Assembly: GCA_010356995.1 (NCBI GenBank)
Contig: ML996689.1
Coordinates: 1,506,691-1,570,690, forward strand
Length of the DNA: 64,000 bases
Direction: 5' to 3'
Source: Trichodelitschia bisporula
Lineage: Eukaryota
Positions 60,201 to 64,000 of this stretch are shown here, in pieces. The first letter of the stretch is position 1, and every line of letters begins with the position of its first letter. Position numbers and translations under genes: made by a program. The notes beneath the pieces were generated by a model. The model saw only the letters and a program-made list of their open reading frames with translations, was not told where the DNA came from and searched no databases.

Positions 60201-60747
60201 CAAGCCATGTACCGGCTCTCCGTCTTCGGTCCAGATGAGACCCTCATTATTCGCATCCCAGTGGAACTCGAGATGTTCCTTGTCGCACAGCTCCTTGGGG
60301 ACTGTCAAATGGATGCGGAACCAGTGCGTCGCCCAACTCGGCCCAAACGCCTCGCCCACCTTCGTCGGCTTAAACTCGTGGCTCGTGGCCTCTTTGAAGG
60401 TGGGACGGGAGAGGTCCGGCGGGGAGTAAACGTGCAACTTGACGAACTCGGGACTCAGCCCTTTGCCCTCGTACAGCTTTCTTGTTGCGGGGTCAGCCTC
60501 GAGTGGGAACGCGACGAGAACGAGACTTACGATTTCAGGCTCTTGGACTCATACTGCCCGCCGTTGGTGAACTGATGCAGACGGTCCTTGTAAATGTTCG
60601 TAATCTAAGTAAAGGTAACCAGCGACGTCAGCATCCGCAACGCACGCTGCCGTGGAGTAGAAGAGCGGCTACCTGCTTGCCCACCGGCCCCGCGGCGTGG
60701 ATCGGGTACTTGGTAGAAGCCATGAGGGGACGCGTTTCTCCACCCAT
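57268..60747 (-). CDS. AMS1: Vacuolar alpha-mannosidase, GH38; introns ~60672-60604, ~60530-60481, 58730-58686, 57778-57714
   Basis: FGPSWATHWF, GHCHIDTCWLWP, WLPDTFGYS, GDGGGGPT, ELYFELHRGTYT, FHDCLPGSSI, LSLLRAPKAPD; ends LRPFEVATFRL. Confidence 0.96.
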
Positions 60748-61471
60748 GGGTGCTTCGGGATGGCAGCGGCAGCAATGGGCCTTTTAAACGTGCGGGGTGC
60801 AAGGTGGGTGGGATTGGAAGTGGGGTAGGTACTGCGGTACCCGTACAATCCAATGCAACTTTGGTTCTGCAGTGGAGCTTGCTGTGCTGTTGCTGTACTG
60901 TGAGGATTGTCCCTGTTCGATTCGACCTGTCTTGTGTCTGCGTCCGCACTCGCCCACTACTCACTCGTCTCTCACGTCTCACACTCCCTAGCCCCTCCCC
61001 CGCCCCCGCCCCCGCCTCCCGATGCTTCCTCGTGCCTCGTGCCCCCCTGCAGATGCGCCGCGCCAGCTTCCCCGCAGCTACCGAGGAGCCAATGGGAGAG
61101 GGTCTGCGCATATGTGGGATGTGAGACTTGAGGAGATGCCTTGTGCCTTGTCACCATCAGGTGTCTATCAATTTTGTCGTGGCTCACTGGTACTTCTTGG
61201 GTGTGTCCTCGCGGAGCCAAATAGACTGGGTTGTTGGGCAGGTGAGGGCGCGTTGCTCAGAATCTTGAACTGGCACGCACGCTGCGTTGATGTGGGCTCA
61301 CTGCACTCATCGACTCAACGAAACATGAAGCATTGGTCCATTGACTTATACATATGCACAGCACACAGACCAAACCTCGCGGGCGGGAACTTTACCGGCT
61401 ACGTGGAGATTCGTGATCGGCTTTCCGTTGTCTGCTTTGAACCGTGGTGGCCGGACTCGCTCCCCTCCGAG

Positions 61472-61681
61472 CTTCCCACTCAGAATTCCCACCCTGAGAA
61501 TCTTCGCCATCGGACGTGTGGCCTTCATCGGATTCTAAATTCTCCGCATCTTCTTTGGCAACTGGCCATCGTCCGGGAGCGGGAGTCCAGCTGCCAAGGA
61601 AGATGAGGAAAACGTAGAATCCGACGAAGGCTATCTCTCGGATCGGTAGAGATTCTCAGGGTGAGGTTATGAGGTGGGAAG
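61472..61681. repeat. Imperfect inverted repeat, two ~95-bp arms with a ~20-nt loop
   Basis: Left arm 61472-61565 aligns to the reverse complement of 61587-61681. Shared blocks: CTTCCCAC, CACCCTGAGAATCT, GCCTTC(A/G)TCGGATTCTA, CATCTTC(T/C)TTGGCA(A/G)CTGG. Confidence 0.9.
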
Positions 61682-62836
61682 TCGATCCAAGTCTTGATCA
61701 GCTCAGTCTTCCGAAGAAAGCGTAATAGGTTCGGCGTGTCCTTTGCCCTTCGTCAGTATCTGCTGTATACTTGTTGGAGGGTTGAGCAACCCTTTGGCCT
61801 CATCCCGCGAGCGGACGCATACCGAATGAGAAGCGTTCTTCTGTGGGTGGTATGCTAACCGTACGTAATCCGTAGGCATGGTTGTTATTCAGGATGCATG
61901 AGAGCATGATGGCTCAGATGATGGGCGACATGGGCGATGCCGAGTTTCTTAAGCTGCAACTCCGGTGATGTGACGTTGAAGAGAACGAGATGCCACCATC
62001 TTGTCGTTCAGCGAGAAGTAGGCAGTGGTTAGATGCATGCCATGGTCGTCAGGAGGGAAGCGGGAGGAGTGCTGTGGATTTCACCTCATTAAGTAGTCAT
62101 TTCATCAATGTGGACTGATAAAGGGACAAAGTGTCGAGGAAACCCGGTGAGTTAAACAGTGGAAGCTGACGCGTCTCTGCGATATGGGAGCCAAAGTCTA
62201 GTTCTACCGTACTACGTAATCGCCATCTCTCGGCATTTATTAGTACCGATCGCAGTTCCCAGTCCACGTAGCACAGAAGGCTTGAGATTTCGCCCGAGAT
62301 CGACTCAACAGGTTCTCTTAGTACAGTTCCCACACTCTTGTGACAATACTACAACCGTCCAGTCCATCACCATCACCGTAAGGCTTACAATTCCACCAGA
62401 CAACCCACCCTCCAGCCAGTGAGTGGAGAAAACCGGGCACCGAAATGTCACGACCGCAATACGAAGTTACAAAGAGTAGCGGAAGTGGATCTGGCTGAAG
62501 CCTAGGACTCAACCCACTCCCCATAGGTAGGTAAAATCAACAACACCGTTATCCGCCTATTCCCTCATCCGAACCCCTCACCAACTCGCTCCCTCCCATC
62601 CGCGATATCTCACTGCGGCTGAGCAACCCCTCCCCACCGCCAAGCCACGCCAACAGCCTCACCCCCACCCCTGCCCCGCAACCCCACCACAGCCGCACAG
62701 CCGCACTCCAGCGTGTGAGGCAACATCATCACTGCCCTCTTCTCCATCTCCCCCATCACCACTCACCCCATCTCCCACAGAACCCCCATCACCATCATCA
62801 CCATCATCACTACAACCCCCCATCGTCACCACCAAA

Positions 62837-63334
62837 ATGTTCAACCCCGCCCCCACCGTCACCACCACAACAATCCCCCCCCTAAACCCCACCCCCATCG
62901 AACTAGACGGCTCCCCCATCACCACAACCCGCCCCAGCAAACCCACGCACCTCCCTCTCCCCACCGACTCCGCCCCCCAACCCACAGTCAGCACACCCGG
63001 CGCCGAGGAAGAAGCCTGGGGCGCGCTGAGCGGCGAGAAAGGCGCCGTAGAGGAGCGGCGCGAGGTAAGGCTGCCCCCCCGAGTAGTACACTCTTTGGCT
63101 ACAGCAGACTCGCTAACGCTAACGCTCGCGCAGAAACGCATCGAGCTCCTCAACGCGCGCGCCCGCGATCCCGCCGTGCTGGTCGATATCCCCGCCACGC
63201 CCGGGCCGCTGGACTATGCGGTTGCGGAGAGGGTAGACGGGGCGGTGGGCAGGAGGGCGGGGGTCGAAGGCGCTGGCGCCGAGGTTGCGGATGGGGAAGA
63301 AGGTGGCGTACCGCTTGAGCCGGGGGCGCGGTAA
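62837..63334 (+). CDS. Hypothetical Pro/Thr-rich protein
   Basis: 165-aa ORF with a good ATG context (CCAAAATG), C-rich leader, and the C-to-G polarity seen in neighbouring genes. No recognised domain. Confidence 0.4.
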   Translation: MFNPAPTVTTTTIPPLNPTPIELDGSPITTTRPSKPTHLPLPTDSAPQPTVSTPGAEEEAWGALSGEKGAVEERREVRLPPRVVHSLATADSLTLTLAQKRIELLNARARDPAVLVDIPATPGPLDYAVAERVDGAVGRRAGVEGAGAEVADGEEGGVPLEPGAR

Positions 63335-63433
63335 CGCGTGTGATGGGCGGTTAAGCACGGGTAGTTAGGGGCATGCAGGTAGCTTGATTAATGATTTCTG
63401 GCAATTAGTTCTAGGCGCAAGTTTCATGTTTTC

Positions 63434-64000
63434 TTATATCCACCCCACCGCCCGCGGCGCCTTCTTCCGCCGCTCGCCGTTCACATATTCATAATTCGAA
63501 TCCTCGCGCACTTCCACCCTCCCCTCTTCCCCCTCCTTATCCCGTCCCATCTCCGCCACGCTCTCCGCCACGCTCTCCGCCACGCCCAGCCCAACAACCC
63601 GTATACTAGCCTTCATCCGCGCCCTCCTCCTCTCCCTGCCCCACCACACCTTCCCCAGTATCTCGCTCCCGCTCCCGCTCCCCTCCGACCCACCACTGCC
63701 GCCACGCTTATGCCCTTTGCCGCTCCCTGGACTCGAGGTAGTCGGACTTAACGACGCCCGGGCCCGCAGGGCATTCCAAACCCCGGATTTGGGAGGCGGA
63801 GTCGGCGCGGGCAGTGACGATAGCGCAGATTTAGTAGACGGCGCCGGCGAAGTCTCCACGCGGAGTGGGCGGCGGACGGTTGGTGCACGCCCCATGCGTC
63901 GTGGATAACTGGGCGCGGACCCGCTGCGCCGCCGGCTCAGGCTATCTTTTCGTGGTGGAAATGGAGGGGCGGGGGACAGGGGGCCGCGAGGGGGAGAGGA
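63434..64000 (-). CDS. Hypothetical Ser/Pro/Arg-rich protein, 3' part; may start beyond the window
   Basis: ORF ending ...RAVGWI*. The same G-rich 3' polarity as other genes. Low complexity. Confidence 0.4.
   Translation of the reverse strand, partial: SSPPRGPLSPAPPFPPRKDSLSRRRSGSAPSYPRRMGRAPTVRRPLRVETSPAPSTKSALSSLPAPTPPPKSGVWNALRARASLSPTTSSPGSGKGHKRGGSGGSEGSGSGSEILGKVWWGRERRRARMKASIRVVGLGVAESVAESVAEMGRDKEGEEGRVEVREDSNYEYVNGERRKKAPRAVGWI

Overview
Eukaryotic, intron-rich fungal DNA (filamentous ascomycete, probably a Dothideomycete; the taxon is inference only). Introns are mostly 44-70 nt with GT..CTRAC..YAG signals. I hand-spliced about 25 protein genes. In order: PTH11-like membrane protein, Tam41, Bir1, calnexin, Trm4/Ncl1, an ACS-family MFS permease, an SDR, class III chitin synthase, a DUF218-type protein, Mex67, peroxisomal Nudix Pcd1, a Cys-motif putative transcription factor, a PLD-family enzyme, a Cdc25-like rhodanese, Ero1, a secreted large catalase, a small TM protein, a vWA-like protein, the 3' part of a ubiquitin E2 (5' part lost in a 355-nt gap), His5 and vacuolar alpha-mannosidase Ams1, plus hypothetical ORFs. 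I found no tRNA, rRNA, CRISPR, intact transposon or biosynthetic cluster. The most unusual locus is mex67. It has a triplicated intron-bearing 5' leader with a 38-bp array and an intron-hidden upstream ATG, an unusually long 279-nt intron with an immediate stop, and GGAAGGAA repeats after the stop codon; together these suggest splicing/export-coupled autoregulation. Other oddities are a ~210-nt imperfect hairpin upstream of ams1, a 21-bp-phased TGTAAT array, a GC-AG intron, a stop-generating NAGNAG acceptor, and a C-rich to G-rich polarity along many genes.
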